Under the pieces are notes generated by a model that saw nothing but the letters and a program-made list of their open reading frames with translations, did no database searches and had not been told where the DNA came from. A stretch of 64,000 nucleotides of DNA from Thermodesulfovibrionia bacterium (GTDB lineage Bacteria > Nitrospirota > Thermodesulfovibrionia > UBA6902). The translations under genes were made by a program, and so were the position numbers. Where the stretch lies: assembly GCA_020053105.1 (NCBI GenBank), contig JAGVNU010000076.1, forward strand, positions 8,005-72,004. The letters run 5' to 3'. The stretch's first letter is position 1. Every line of letters starts with the position of its first letter. Shown here piece after piece: positions 29,296 through 39,054 of the stretch.

Positions 29296-29297
29296 AA

Positions 29298-30179
29298 ATG
29301 TCATTTATCCTTGACGCGCTGAAAAAACTGGAACAGAAACGTCAGCATGGTGCAGTGCCGGACCTGATGACCATCCATGCGCATGAACGTCAAAGGCATG
29401 AGAAGCGGACGCTATGGCCCTACCTTGTCCTGGGGGCGTTAGTGCTGAACGCAGGCATATTAGCAGCCGTGCTCCGCCCATGGGAGGCTGAAAATAAAAA
29501 ACCAATCATCCAGGCTTCTGTTGAGCAGCTCCAGAAAAAAGCCTCGCAGAGTCCCACCCAGCACATTGAAAAAAAGAACGAACCGGTATCTGTATCGCCT
29601 CAGATCAAAACAAGCTCCCATGTCCCCGGTAATAAACCGATCAATACTAACGTGTCGTCGGGTCCCGTAAAAAAAGCCGCTGACTTAAAGAAAGTTGTCC
29701 CTCTGCCAAAGCAGGGAAACCCACCTGCCCCGGTTGAGCAAAAAATAAAGGGGCCACTTAAAGTTGAAAAAGCTCCTGTTACAAACAAGCTGGATTCAGA
29801 CACAGGCAGTCCGGCTGCGCTCAGCATGAATCCATCCCGGGATGAAATGGAGGTCCTCCGTAACAGAATCAAAGAAGAGACATCTCAAGCAGGCAGCGCC
29901 CGGCCCAGGAAAGACACCCCTGTCAGTAATGAGAAAGCCGATTCAGACACACTACCTGATTTCAGCCAGCTTCCTGAAGAGACAAGAAAGGAAATTCCCA
30001 ATATAAACATTTCCGCACATATCTATTCAAACAATCCGCGTTCACGGATTGTTAATATTAACGGCTCTACTATAAAAGAAGGCGATGAGGTGACTAAGGG
30101 GCTGAAGGTCAGCGAGATAACCATATCAGGCGTAATCTTCGACTATCAGGGCCGCCGCTTTCAGGTGAGGGCATTTTAA
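29298..30179 (+). CDS. gspB: GspB/ExeB-like protein
   Basis: The N-terminus MSFILDALKKLEQKRQ is followed by one TM segment and a Pro/Lys-rich linker. The C-terminus reads NISAHIYSNNPRSRIVNINGSTIKEGDEV. It is tightly coupled to gspA by a 2-nt gap. Confidence 0.72.
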   Translation: MSFILDALKKLEQKRQHGAVPDLMTIHAHERQRHEKRTLWPYLVLGALVLNAGILAAVLRPWEAENKKPIIQASVEQLQKKASQSPTQHIEKKNEPVSVSPQIKTSSHVPGNKPINTNVSSGPVKKAADLKKVVPLPKQGNPPAPVEQKIKGPLKVEKAPVTNKLDSDTGSPAALSMNPSRDEMEVLRNRIKEETSQAGSARPRKDTPVSNEKADSDTLPDFSQLPEETRKEIPNINISAHIYSNNPRSRIVNINGSTIKEGDEVTKGLKVSEITISGVIFDYQGRRFQVRAF

Positions 30180-30197
30180 ATTGCAAGAGGGCACATT

Positions 30198-31586
30198 ATG
30201 AATCGGGTCCGCATTAAGAATATTTTTTCTGAAGGCAATATGGGTCAGGCCCTGACGGTCTGCGGCTGGGTAAGATCAAAACGTGAGTCAAAAGGTGTGG
30301 CCTTTATCGCGCTGAACGACGGCTCTACACAGGACACATTACAGCTTGTTGTTCCCGCTGAAACGGCCGCCTTCAATAAACTGTCCGGCTGCAATACAGG
30401 GGCCGCCATCAGGGCCGAAGGCGTTCTTAAAGAATCATTGGGAAAGGGACAGAAATATGAAGTTGCGGTTTCGGACATTGAAGTATTCGGCGATGCTGAT
30501 CCCGAAAAATATCCATTGCAAAAGAAGGGACACTCGTTGGAATTCCTTCGTGAGATCGGCCACCTCAGGCCAAGGACCAATACCTTCGGCGCAGTCTTCA
30601 GAGTGAGAAATGTCCTTTCCGATGCGGTGCATGATTTCTTTCAGGGCCGCGGTTTCATCTGGGTCCATACGCCTATTATTACATCGAGTGACTGCGAGGG
30701 GGCAGGAGATATGTTTACTGTGACCTCTCTTGACCTGAAAAAACTTCCCGACGGGTGCAATGGGGACATAGACTTTTCACAGGATTTCTTCGGCAGGCGC
30801 GCCTATCTCACGGTAAGCGGACAGCTTGAGGCCGAGTTCCTGGCAATGTCACTTGGCGATGTCTATACATTCGGCCCTACGTTCAGGGCGGAAAATTCCA
30901 ACACGTCCCGTCATCTGTCCGAATTCTGGATGATAGAGCCTGAAATGGCCTTTGCGGACATCAATGATGACATGCAACTCGCTGAAGACTTTATTCACAC
31001 ATTGTGCGGCAGGGTACTGGAGAAATGCGAGGCTGAGATCGCCTTTTTCGAGCAGTACTACAAAAACACTTCAATCAATGAACTCAGGATATTGTCTGAA
31101 AAGCCCTTTGTCCGCCTCTCATACACCGAGGCGATCAAAGAACTGGAGAAGTCAAAAGATAAATTCGAGTTCCCGGTCAAGTGGGGACTGGATTTACAGT
31201 CTGAACATGAACGCTATCTGACAGACAAGGTTTTTAAGGGTCCCGTCATTGTGGTTGATTATCCAAAAGATATAAAGGCCTTTTACATGCGCCAGAACCC
31301 TGACGGGAAAACTGTCGCTGCCATGGATGTCCTGGTGCCCAAAGTAGGTGAGATTATCGGCGGAAGTCAGCGTGAAGAAAGGCTTGAGGTCCTTGAAGTC
31401 AGGATGCAGGACATGGGCATACCGCTTGAAAACATGCAGTGGTATCTCGACCTGAGAAGGTACGGCTCAGCGCCTCACGCCGGGTTCGGCCTTGGGTTTG
31501 AACGGATAGTGCAATACATAACAGGAATGAGCAATATCCGCGACGTCATCCCCTGCCCCCGTGCGCCGCAGTCGATAAGGTTTTAA
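30198..31586 (+). CDS. asnS: Asparagine--tRNA ligase
   Basis: 462-aa class II aaRS with an OB-fold N-terminus. Motifs [21 protein letters not shown] and [10 protein letters not shown] are present. Confidence 0.93.
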   Translation: MNRVRIKNIFSEGNMGQALTVCGWVRSKRESKGVAFIALNDGSTQDTLQLVVPAETAAFNKLSGCNTGAAIRAEGVLKESLGKGQKYEVAVSDIEVFGDADPEKYPLQKKGHSLEFLREIGHLRPRTNTFGAVFRVRNVLSDAVHDFFQGRGFIWVHTPIITSSDCEGAGDMFTVTSLDLKKLPDGCNGDIDFSQDFFGRRAYLTVSGQLEAEFLAMSLGDVYTFGPTFRAENSNTSRHLSEFWMIEPEMAFADINDDMQLAEDFIHTLCGRVLEKCEAEIAFFEQYYKNTSINELRILSEKPFVRLSYTEAIKELEKSKDKFEFPVKWGLDLQSEHERYLTDKVFKGPVIVVDYPKDIKAFYMRQNPDGKTVAAMDVLVPKVGEIIGGSQREERLEVLEVRMQDMGIPLENMQWYLDLRRYGSAPHAGFGLGFERIVQYITGMSNIRDVIPCPRAPQSIRF

Positions 31587-31598
31587 TGCTTCCCCGGA

Positions 31599-31775
31599 TT
31601 ACTCTTCCTTTATCCTGGCCTTTATTTTATTACGTATTACCTCTGTCAGTTCCTTCATCCCGTGTTCCTGAGAAGCATGCTCGGCAACCTTTATCAACAA
31701 TTCTTTCTCGTCCACGGCCATTCCTTTCCACTTACAGTCTATACCGAGATCCGAACATTGAAATACCTTTGACAT
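31599..31775 (-). CDS. DUF1059-type small protein (58 aa)
   Basis: Found by hand because it is below the ORF-track cutoff. GGAGG lies 6 nt before the ATG. The sequence is MSKVFQCSDLGIDCKWKGMAVDEKELLIKVAEHASQEHGMKELTEVIRNKIKARIKEE, which fits the FxCxDxGxDC...EHAxxxHGM pattern. Confidence 0.7.
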   Translation of the reverse strand: MSKVFQCSDLGIDCKWKGMAVDEKELLIKVAEHASQEHGMKELTEVIRNKIKARIKEE

Positions 31776-31986
31776 TTCCGGCCTCCTATTCAGACTTCAA
31801 TTCAAGTATATCACTCCGGTTACTGAAGTCAAACATTCATAATTCACCGACTTGTTCGCAAATGTCTTTCCCGGCAGAGATAAAACTTTCAACCCTTAAG
31901 CTTATGAGGTCGTCCTCTGTGATAGAATATTGACTGAACGGCAGCTCATTGGATAAGGCAGAACCCATTCCGTCAGGAGATAATGC

Positions 31987-32316
31987 ATGAGCAGGTACAA
32001 GTCACGCTGGCCTAAAAAATCCGGCGAAAGCAAGACTGCGGAAGAAGTCATAAAAGAACTGCGGCAGCTTCCCTCTTCCGGTGCTGACTACCGGGAACGC
32101 TCCCTGAAAATCCATGGACTCATCTGCTCCAAATGCGGAAGAGAATTCGATGAGAAAACACGGCACCTGCTGACCGTACACCACAAAGACGGCAACAACC
32201 GGAACAATCCCCCTGACGGTTCCAACTGGGAAAACCTTTGCGTGTACTGCCATGATGATGAACACAGCAGGGGCAAACTTGGCGACTATCTAAAAAATCC
32301 CGGCAAGAATAAATAA
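31987..32316 (+). CDS. yajD: HNH nuclease YajD-like
   Basis: 109-aa ORF. ICSKCGREF...LTVHHKDGNNRNNPPDGSNWENLCVYCHDDEH closely follows the YajD pattern. Confidence 0.82.
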   Translation: MSRYKSRWPKKSGESKTAEEVIKELRQLPSSGADYRERSLKIHGLICSKCGREFDEKTRHLLTVHHKDGNNRNNPPDGSNWENLCVYCHDDEHSRGKLGDYLKNPGKNK

Positions 32317-32318
32317 TC

Positions 32319-32654
32319 ATGAAAGCGTGTGCATTCTTATTGCTGTTCGCAGCGGCCCTTTTGACAGGATGCGCGACGGCTTCACCGCAAAATGATGATT
32401 GGTTAGGCAGGGACAAGGCAAAACATTTTCTGGCAGCCGGCGTAATCTCAGGCGCTGCAGCGGTAATAGCCGACAAGCAGGGGATGGATAATGATGAATC
32501 CTTTTATCTTGCCTTCGGGATCACACTCTCCCTGGGTGCAGGCAAGGAGGCCTTTGACATGAAAGTTCGAAAAACCGGCTGGAGCTGGAAAGACCTCGCC
32601 TGGGACACACTTGGCGCGCTTGCCGGATACGGGATTGTTCAGGCCTTTGATTAA
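32319..32654 (+). CDS. Small lipoprotein, YfiM/DUF2279-like
   Basis: A lipobox is present (LLTGC). DKAKHF...GKEAFD...WKDLAWDTLGA resembles DUF2279. The gap after yajD is 2 nt. Confidence 0.65.
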   Translation: MKACAFLLLFAAALLTGCATASPQNDDWLGRDKAKHFLAAGVISGAAAVIADKQGMDNDESFYLAFGITLSLGAGKEAFDMKVRKTGWSWKDLAWDTLGALAGYGIVQAFD

Positions 32655-32705
32655 ACCGGGCAAAAAATTCTGGAATGAGTTTAAATATGTGGAAAACTAT
32701 ATATG

Positions 32706-33056
32706 CTATTTTATCGAATCAACAAACGCTGCATATTCCTGCGGGGGGTTCAGTATCTCCATGCCCAAGCTAAACGACACCCCGTGAGAGGACATCTTCG
32801 TCTGAAACCACTTCACTTCACATTTAAGGCTTACTTTCTTACCGGACAGCAGGTTACATCTCAGTTCAATTAATGTTGAAGGCGTTATATCAACCACACT
32901 ACTGGCTGTAGCAGTCACCATGTATAGACCGGCTTCAGAAAAATTCATTACAATCCCTTTATAGCTTTTACCCCCCGATATTATTTCGGCATCGAGGTTT
33001 TTAGCTATCCTGCTGGCGCGTCTTTTTTCAGAGTTCTTCACTGGCTTACCCCTCAT
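32706..33056 (-). CDS. PilZ domain protein
   Basis: 116-aa ORF with RRASR (RxxxR) and NFSEAG (D/NxSxxG), the c-di-GMP binding motifs. Confidence 0.75.
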   Translation of the reverse strand: MRGKPVKNSEKRRASRIAKNLDAEIISGGKSYKGIVMNFSEAGLYMVTATASSVVDITPSTLIELRCNLLSGKKVSLKCEVKWFQTKMSSHGVSFSLGMEILNPPQEYAAFVDSIK

Positions 33057-33193
33057 AATTGGTATCGTTAAGTATAGCAGATCATTTCCAATTAGAAAAC
33101 AAATATTTCAATCTCTGATTTTATCAATTTCTGCTTCAAATCTGCTGGAATTCCATGACCTGCTGCATGTTAATATTCGCGATGCTCTTCCGT

Positions 33194-34573
33194 CTATTTC
33201 CCAATGCCTGTTTTATTCGCGTTGTCCACCATCCTGACCCTGTCATAACCTCTTTCCCTGTGGCACCCCGGTATACACCTGCCGCCCGTCTCTGTCTTGA
33301 TATATTCAACAGGTATAGTTGAGCTGCCGAATTTGAATTCTTCCCTTATGTGGTCTTCCTGGTCCGAGGCATGAACATCGTGGCATGCGCGGCATGTCCT
33401 TCCCTTCTTCTGATTCACATGTAACATATGGAGGTTGATTTCGCCGTTTCTGAAGTTCGTTATTGTTACGGTCTTTTCAGTTGTCACAAGCGCCTCCTTA
33501 TGACAGTTAAAACACAGGTCATATTCACCCTTCACATACGCGGAATAGAATTCGGGTGGGAATGCCAGGCGGAGTATGTAAGGATTATCGGAACCATGCG
33601 GATTGTGACAGGCAGAGCAGTTTCCCTGCACCAAAGGCCCGTGCTGAAACCGTTTCTTTTTCCATGTGCTGCTGTCTTTGTGGCAGGAATAACACAGGGA
33701 GTCCACCTTGTCAGAAAGCAGGTACCTGTTGTCCGAAAAATGCGGTGAGTGGCATGAGACGCAATTCCCCTTCTCAACAGGTACATGCTTTCGCGTATAT
33801 TGGCTGATCTCGTTTTTTTTCTCCTCATGGCAGTTGAAACAAATCTTTTCCGCGGAAATCTTCAGCCGTGTCCTGTTGTCCCCTGAATGAGGATCATGGC
33901 AATCGCTGCACCCTGTCTTTACAAGCGGGGCATGAACAAAGTCCATGGTCATCCCCGCCACCATGTCTTCATGGCAGATGACGCACAGGTTGGCGCCCAC
34001 GTCAGTAAGTCTTGAGGCGTAATTTGAGGCATGCGGATCATGGCAGAGGCCGCAATTACCGTCCCTGACCGGTTGATGAATATATTCACCCGAGTAAAGC
34101 CTTTTCAGATTATGACATGATGAACAGAGACCGCTGTACGACTCTCTCAGGAAAAAAGGCCTTCCTGACCCGTGAGGATCATGGCATGATGTGCAGTCCC
34201 CGTTCCTGACCGGCCCGTGGACAAAGAGGCTGTTCCGGATCTCCCTGTCAAGTTTTTCATGGCAGCCTGCACAGACAGCGCCCTTGTCCGGAACTATTCC
34301 GAACCTGTCCGGGTATGCATCAGCTTTATGACAGGCATCACAAGATCCCAACCTTACCGGTTCATGAGAGAACTCTCCGGCCTTTAAAAACTGTGAATGA
34401 CATTGCCCGGTAACGCAGCCTTTTTCTCCCTCTGTATGGGCAGTGAATTCATTCTCAGACGTAAAGCCCTTATTATCCATGCCTGCAGCAATTGCGCTTC
34501 CGCAGCAGTATACAATTATGCCGACTGATAAAACTACGGAGCGGACTGTCTCTGATATAAACATCCTACTCAT
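33194..34573 (-). CDS. Multihaem cytochrome c (13 canonical CXXCH)
   Basis: 459-aa ORF with an N-terminal signal or anchor. By my count there are 13 CXXCH motifs, plus one CX4CH (CVTGQCH) and one CX3CH (CIPGCH). The module G-x-C-x-x-C-H-x-P-H recurs. Confidence 0.9.
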   Translation of the reverse strand: MSRMFISETVRSVVLSVGIIVYCCGSAIAAGMDNKGFTSENEFTAHTEGEKGCVTGQCHSQFLKAGEFSHEPVRLGSCDACHKADAYPDRFGIVPDKGAVCAGCHEKLDREIRNSLFVHGPVRNGDCTSCHDPHGSGRPFFLRESYSGLCSSCHNLKRLYSGEYIHQPVRDGNCGLCHDPHASNYASRLTDVGANLCVICHEDMVAGMTMDFVHAPLVKTGCSDCHDPHSGDNRTRLKISAEKICFNCHEEKKNEISQYTRKHVPVEKGNCVSCHSPHFSDNRYLLSDKVDSLCYSCHKDSSTWKKKRFQHGPLVQGNCSACHNPHGSDNPYILRLAFPPEFYSAYVKGEYDLCFNCHKEALVTTEKTVTITNFRNGEINLHMLHVNQKKGRTCRACHDVHASDQEDHIREEFKFGSSTIPVEYIKTETGGRCIPGCHRERGYDRVRMVDNANKTGIGK

Positions 34574-35834
34574 AAAGCATCAGGTCCCTGCTCCTGTGCA
34601 GGTTTCCTTTTTCAGTCTTTATTTCAAGTCCAAGGGCCAATTGCGCTGCCTGCTGAAGTACATCCAATGCCTTTCCGGTCTCCCCCTTTTTTCTGTACAA
34701 CTCGGACAATGCATACAGGGTCGATATCCTGTGGAAGGCATATGGCGCATATATTTCATAAGCGGAAGCAGTCTTTCTTTTTTCAAATATGGCGAGCGCA
34801 GCCCCAAGCTCCCTCACCGCTTCCTCTTCCCTGCTCATTTTTTTATAGAGGAGCCCCAGGACGTAATGGGCTTCTGCCATACCGCTGTCCAGGGAAAGCG
34901 CCTCTTTAAGATGCCTTTCTGCATCAGGATATTTCTCACCTTCAAACTGCAGTACGCCATAATTGAAATGAGCGAGAACATAGGTCTTATCGAGAGTGAC
35001 AGCCTTGTTGAATTCCCCTATTGCGCCCTCAAAATTACTCTGCTTCCATAATATTATCCCCATGAGATTATGTGATGGGGGAAACTCAGCATCCAGTTCA
35101 ATAGATTTCTTAAGAGGTGACAAGGCCTGTTCCGGCAGTCCCTTTTTATACATCTGGAGGGCATAGTTATATAGTCTGACAGAATGCGAATCCGGCCCCT
35201 TTTTCTTTTCCGTTTCTTTTTCAGCAGATGCCTGTGCAAGTCCGATTAATCCTTTTATCTCCTCTGTAAAAAGAGGCTGGGCAGCCAATGGAAAGCTCGG
35301 ATAGATGTATTTTATTTTCCCCCCCTTATCGATCATGACCGTTGACGGCAATGCAATGACACCGTACTCGCGGAATATCATGAAGCCGCTGTCAATCAGG
35401 ACCGGGAATTTCAGCCTGTTGACCTTCACGAGGTTTTTCACCCGATCAATTTCGCCAACTGGAACTTCTCCATCGTTTTCAGGAGTATAAATTCCGAATA
35501 TCTCAAGACCCGTTGCGTCATGGTGCAGTTCATACTGGTCATTTAAAAACCTGAGCTCATCCATCGAATAATCGAGAAAAGATTTGCTGATCGGCAACCC
35601 CCAGAATACAATGATGACCGGTTTTCTGCCAAAAAACCCTCCCACATCGACCGGCGCTCCGTTCAGGTCATGAAGCGTAAATTTATTTGGCGCCTCACCT
35701 TCCTTAAGACCGATCAAAGCGGATGACGCGGACGGCATTGATAAAATTATCGAAATCAAAACCACCGTCTGCACAAGCTTACGCCAATATAAATATGTCC
35801 CGGCTTCCATGTTTTCAGTTCTGCTGTTTCTCAT
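34566..35834 (-). CDS. Thioredoxin-fold (TlpA/redoxin-like, no CXXC) + TPR protein, exported
   Basis: 422-aa ORF with a signal or anchor. The redoxin-like segment is KPVIIVFWGLPISKSF, where WCxxC would normally sit. The C-terminal half is TPR repeats. It overlaps the cytochrome gene by 8 nt. Confidence 0.7.
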   Translation of the reverse strand: MRNSRTENMEAGTYLYWRKLVQTVVLISIILSMPSASSALIGLKEGEAPNKFTLHDLNGAPVDVGGFFGRKPVIIVFWGLPISKSFLDYSMDELRFLNDQYELHHDATGLEIFGIYTPENDGEVPVGEIDRVKNLVKVNRLKFPVLIDSGFMIFREYGVIALPSTVMIDKGGKIKYIYPSFPLAAQPLFTEEIKGLIGLAQASAEKETEKKKGPDSHSVRLYNYALQMYKKGLPEQALSPLKKSIELDAEFPPSHNLMGIILWKQSNFEGAIGEFNKAVTLDKTYVLAHFNYGVLQFEGEKYPDAERHLKEALSLDSGMAEAHYVLGLLYKKMSREEEAVRELGAALAIFEKRKTASAYEIYAPYAFHRISTLYALSELYRKKGETGKALDVLQQAAQLALGLEIKTEKGNLHRSRDLMLYE

Positions 35835-35922
35835 AATATTATTATTCAGGTTTCTCCTTCTTTAGGATAAAGGGATATATACTACATAAATTATATAACG
35901 AGATCAAACGCAGCGCATCAAA

Positions 35923-37554
35923 TCAGGCGATGAATAAGTTTTCCACATCAATACGCCTTCCATTTTGGCAGGTAATATACCCGGCCTCCCTGATCACATG
36001 CCGGAAGAGTTCTGTTTTAAATTTTTTGTTTTGGATCTTGCCTTTTGAAGTATGGAAGAACAAGGCTCCTTCCTCTCTGAGGTCCTTGAGTAATTCTATA
36101 CCTATACTTACCCGCTTGTCCGGCCAGGACCGATTCAACAGCTCATTCATATCCGCATCATCAGTGATATCAAGACCTTTCAGGAAATTAATTATTCTCA
36201 TTGCAATAAATAAAGAATAAATATCATCGCGGGTGGACAGGTCAGAATCCATACCCATTGCCGTCAGCCTTGACTTCACATAATCTGCCCCTGTCAGATT
36301 CATGCCCATTGCAATCGGTGACTTGGGCGTAAGATAAAATGGAGATGCCCCCAGGAGTACCGGCAGTCTGGAATTTAACACGAGTGTCTGAATCATGGCC
36401 GGCAGGCTTTCATACGGAAGCCCGAGGATCTGATATGAAACTATTTTGAGCCCAAGTTGAAATGCCTTGCTGACAACATTAGTGTATGCTTCAGGAGAAT
36501 ACGGCCGTTTCGAGGTCGCATGTACGCTCTTGTCAGAACTTACGAGCGCCAGATTTAAATGAGTAAATCCGGCCTGTGACATCAGCTCAAGCATCTCATC
36601 ATCGAGGCTGATATAACTGATGCCGTTCATGGCGACAAACTCCATTTCTTTATCAGGGAACAAGTCAATAAGCCGTCTGCACAGCTCTTTAAACTCATCT
36701 TTATGAAATGTGAGGTTGTCGTCCTCAAAATCTATGACACGTCTTCCCTCCCTATGGCGCTGCCTGATCTCTTCAATTACGCTTTCAACCGGACGCCGCC
36801 GGTAGTTATTCCCAAACGTAGTATGCACTGAACAGAATGAGCACCTGTGCGGACATCCGCGGGAAGTGATCATGAACGCCAGGGGAATCCCTGCAAGCTG
36901 ATAACGTTCATCAGGGAGACTGCTCAAGTCCGGAATAGGCAGTTCATCTATCGGATAGTTTTCCATGGCGGGATTAAAACAGAGGGTGCCGTCTTTCTTG
37001 TATCCGAGATTAGGGACTTCTTCAATGTTCACATGGCCCAGAAGAAAGTGCACAAACTCTACCATCGGTCGCTCTCCTTCTCCGAAGATGACATAATCGA
37101 CATATGGCAGGGCAAGGACCTCGTGCGGCACTTCCGAAACATGAGGGCCGCCCATAATGACCGGCACGTTGAGCCGCTTCTTGACTCGTTCAGCAATTTC
37201 AAGGGCTTCACGGTAGTATGGTGTGAAGAGGGATGATATCCCTACAAGATCAGGGGCAATATCATCGATCTCTGTCTCGATTTCATCAAAAGACCGGCCT
37301 AAGTGGTAATACTGATGAAACGTCGAAAACGGGGATTTGTCCGCTGCCGGATAGTATTCCTTCAGATATTTCAGCTCCTCGGGAATAGGAACAGTCTTGC
37401 GGCCATGACCGGCGTGATAATCTCTGATAAGCACATCTGCTTCAGGCAGATATTTATTAAGGGCGCTTTTGATGTAGCACAACCCTATGGGCTGCAGCCG
37501 GATGTCGGTGTCATAGAAGTCCCTGACAGGCGGCTGAACAAGAAGGATTTTCAT
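35923..37554 (-). CDS. B12-binding-domain radical SAM protein (class B)
   Basis: 543-aa ORF. The N-terminus MKILLVQPP...IGLCYI is typical of the B12-binding domain. The radical-SAM cluster motif is CPHRCSFC. Confidence 0.82.
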   Translation of the reverse strand: MKILLVQPPVRDFYDTDIRLQPIGLCYIKSALNKYLPEADVLIRDYHAGHGRKTVPIPEELKYLKEYYPAADKSPFSTFHQYYHLGRSFDEIETEIDDIAPDLVGISSLFTPYYREALEIAERVKKRLNVPVIMGGPHVSEVPHEVLALPYVDYVIFGEGERPMVEFVHFLLGHVNIEEVPNLGYKKDGTLCFNPAMENYPIDELPIPDLSSLPDERYQLAGIPLAFMITSRGCPHRCSFCSVHTTFGNNYRRRPVESVIEEIRQRHREGRRVIDFEDDNLTFHKDEFKELCRRLIDLFPDKEMEFVAMNGISYISLDDEMLELMSQAGFTHLNLALVSSDKSVHATSKRPYSPEAYTNVVSKAFQLGLKIVSYQILGLPYESLPAMIQTLVLNSRLPVLLGASPFYLTPKSPIAMGMNLTGADYVKSRLTAMGMDSDLSTRDDIYSLFIAMRIINFLKGLDITDDADMNELLNRSWPDKRVSIGIELLKDLREEGALFFHTSKGKIQNKKFKTELFRHVIREAGYITCQNGRRIDVENLFIA

Positions 37555-37563
37555 TTATACCTA

Positions 37564-38685
37564 TCACTCAAAAACAACATACCCTTTCACCTTTTCAAGC
37601 CGTTTGCCCTTTATGCCCAGGTCGCCGGGGCAGCTTATACTGTGTTGATGCCGCACATTAAGAATCCTGCTGACTGTATCAGGGCCGAGGCCCGGAACCC
37701 GCAGCAATTGCTCTTTGTCAGCCTTATTTATCCTGACAGGATAGAATTCAGGATGCGTGTCAGCCCAGACCTGCTTGGGGTCCCTGTCCAGTCTCAGATT
37801 CCCGCTTTTATCCAGAGGGATCTCATTATTACTAAAGCCGTACCTGCGCATTAAAAAATCCGTCTGATATAAACGGTGCTCCCTCATAAAGTGGTCTTCC
37901 GGAACAGTGAGGAAATTTCTTTCCCCCGGAATATCCGGTTTCCCAAGGCCTTTCTGATATGCGGAAAAATATACACGGCTGAATTTTAGACGGTCATATA
38001 TTCCGCCCATGTAATTTATGATTTCAGAGTCTTTTTCATCAGACGCACCGACAATAAACTGCGTGGTGCATTTGACCCTCGAAAACCTCATGCCCCTGTC
38101 AGTGAGCCTGCTCATAAGCTTTAACGGACGTACAATGTCCTTATCGTAGTCTTTTTTGGCCGAAAGGACCTCAAAGTGCTTCTTCCCAGGCGTCTCGATA
38201 TTCAGAGACACGGCGCTTGCAAGGGAAATCGCATCCTCGATCGCGCTGTTTGAAGCCCCGGGGATGATCTTCAGGTGTATATAACCCATGAACTGATATT
38301 TATATCTGAGCAGTCGCGCAACCGCGTTGATCCTGTCCATGGTATGGTCTGCGTTGTTAATAACGCCGGAGCTCAGAAACAGGCCGAACACATTCTTTCT
38401 CTTCTGATATTCCATAAATACCCGGGCGACTTCTTCCGGCTGGAGCGTGCAGCGGTGTACATTGGATTCAGATCGAAGCGGACAGTACCCGCAGTCATTT
38501 GCGCAAACGTTGGAGAGAAGGGTCTTAAGAAGCACGGAATGCCCGCCCTGGGGCAATGTGACCGGATAAAGCCATTTACCCTCTCCGCCCCTCTTGCGCC
38601 GGTCATCATCGCGCGTACCGCATGCGCAGGCCAGATCGTACTGAGAATCTTCGGAAAGCACCTTGAGTTTTTCGATTGTGTCCAT
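37564..38685 (-). CDS. Putative DNA modification/repair radical SAM protein (TIGR03916-like) with C-terminal helix-hairpin-helix
   Basis: 373-aa ORF. Motifs EKLKVLSEDSQYDLACAC, the cluster CANDCGYC, MREHRLYQTDFLMRRYGF and LLRVPGLGPDTVSRIL match my recollection of that family. Confidence 0.75.
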   Translation of the reverse strand: MDTIEKLKVLSEDSQYDLACACGTRDDDRRKRGGEGKWLYPVTLPQGGHSVLLKTLLSNVCANDCGYCPLRSESNVHRCTLQPEEVARVFMEYQKRKNVFGLFLSSGVINNADHTMDRINAVARLLRYKYQFMGYIHLKIIPGASNSAIEDAISLASAVSLNIETPGKKHFEVLSAKKDYDKDIVRPLKLMSRLTDRGMRFSRVKCTTQFIVGASDEKDSEIINYMGGIYDRLKFSRVYFSAYQKGLGKPDIPGERNFLTVPEDHFMREHRLYQTDFLMRRYGFSNNEIPLDKSGNLRLDRDPKQVWADTHPEFYPVRINKADKEQLLRVPGLGPDTVSRILNVRHQHSISCPGDLGIKGKRLEKVKGYVVFE

Positions 38686-38871
38686 CTAAACTTACCTTGA
38701 AAGATTATACAAAAATACAGGCCCAATATAATATAAAGGCCTGGGGTATCCATTCAAAATGTGGAAAGCTGAAATAACAAAGCAGTAATTGATGGAGCAT
38801 TACCTCCCCTGGTATTTCATTTGCCGGCTCTTCCTGCCGGAATCTTCGGTCAGCTTTTTTCAAAGCGCGCA

Positions 38872-38901
38872 TTGACAATATTTGTTCTTAATAAGTATCA
38901 T
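38872..38901 (+). promoter_or_regulatory. Candidate sigma-70 promoter
   Basis: TTGACA-N18-TATCAT. It faces the small ORFs at 38980 and 39055. Confidence 0.45.
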
Positions 38902-39054
38902 AAAAAAGTTTGCGATTTCGCCGCATCGCTGTCCTCGCCTTAACCAAATCCGGTAAGAGGAAACACAGGAGGAAGTTTTGTGCATGGCAAATGTACGCAG
39001 GTAAACTGCGTGACCTTACATATGAATTAATAAAACGGAAAGGAGGTAACTATT

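Noticed and set aside
31586-31933. The 115-aa plus-strand ORF after asnS.
   Set aside because: It is Ser/Pro/Leu-rich with no Shine-Dalgarno. The opposite strand encodes a convincing DUF1059 protein with GGAGG and an ATG.
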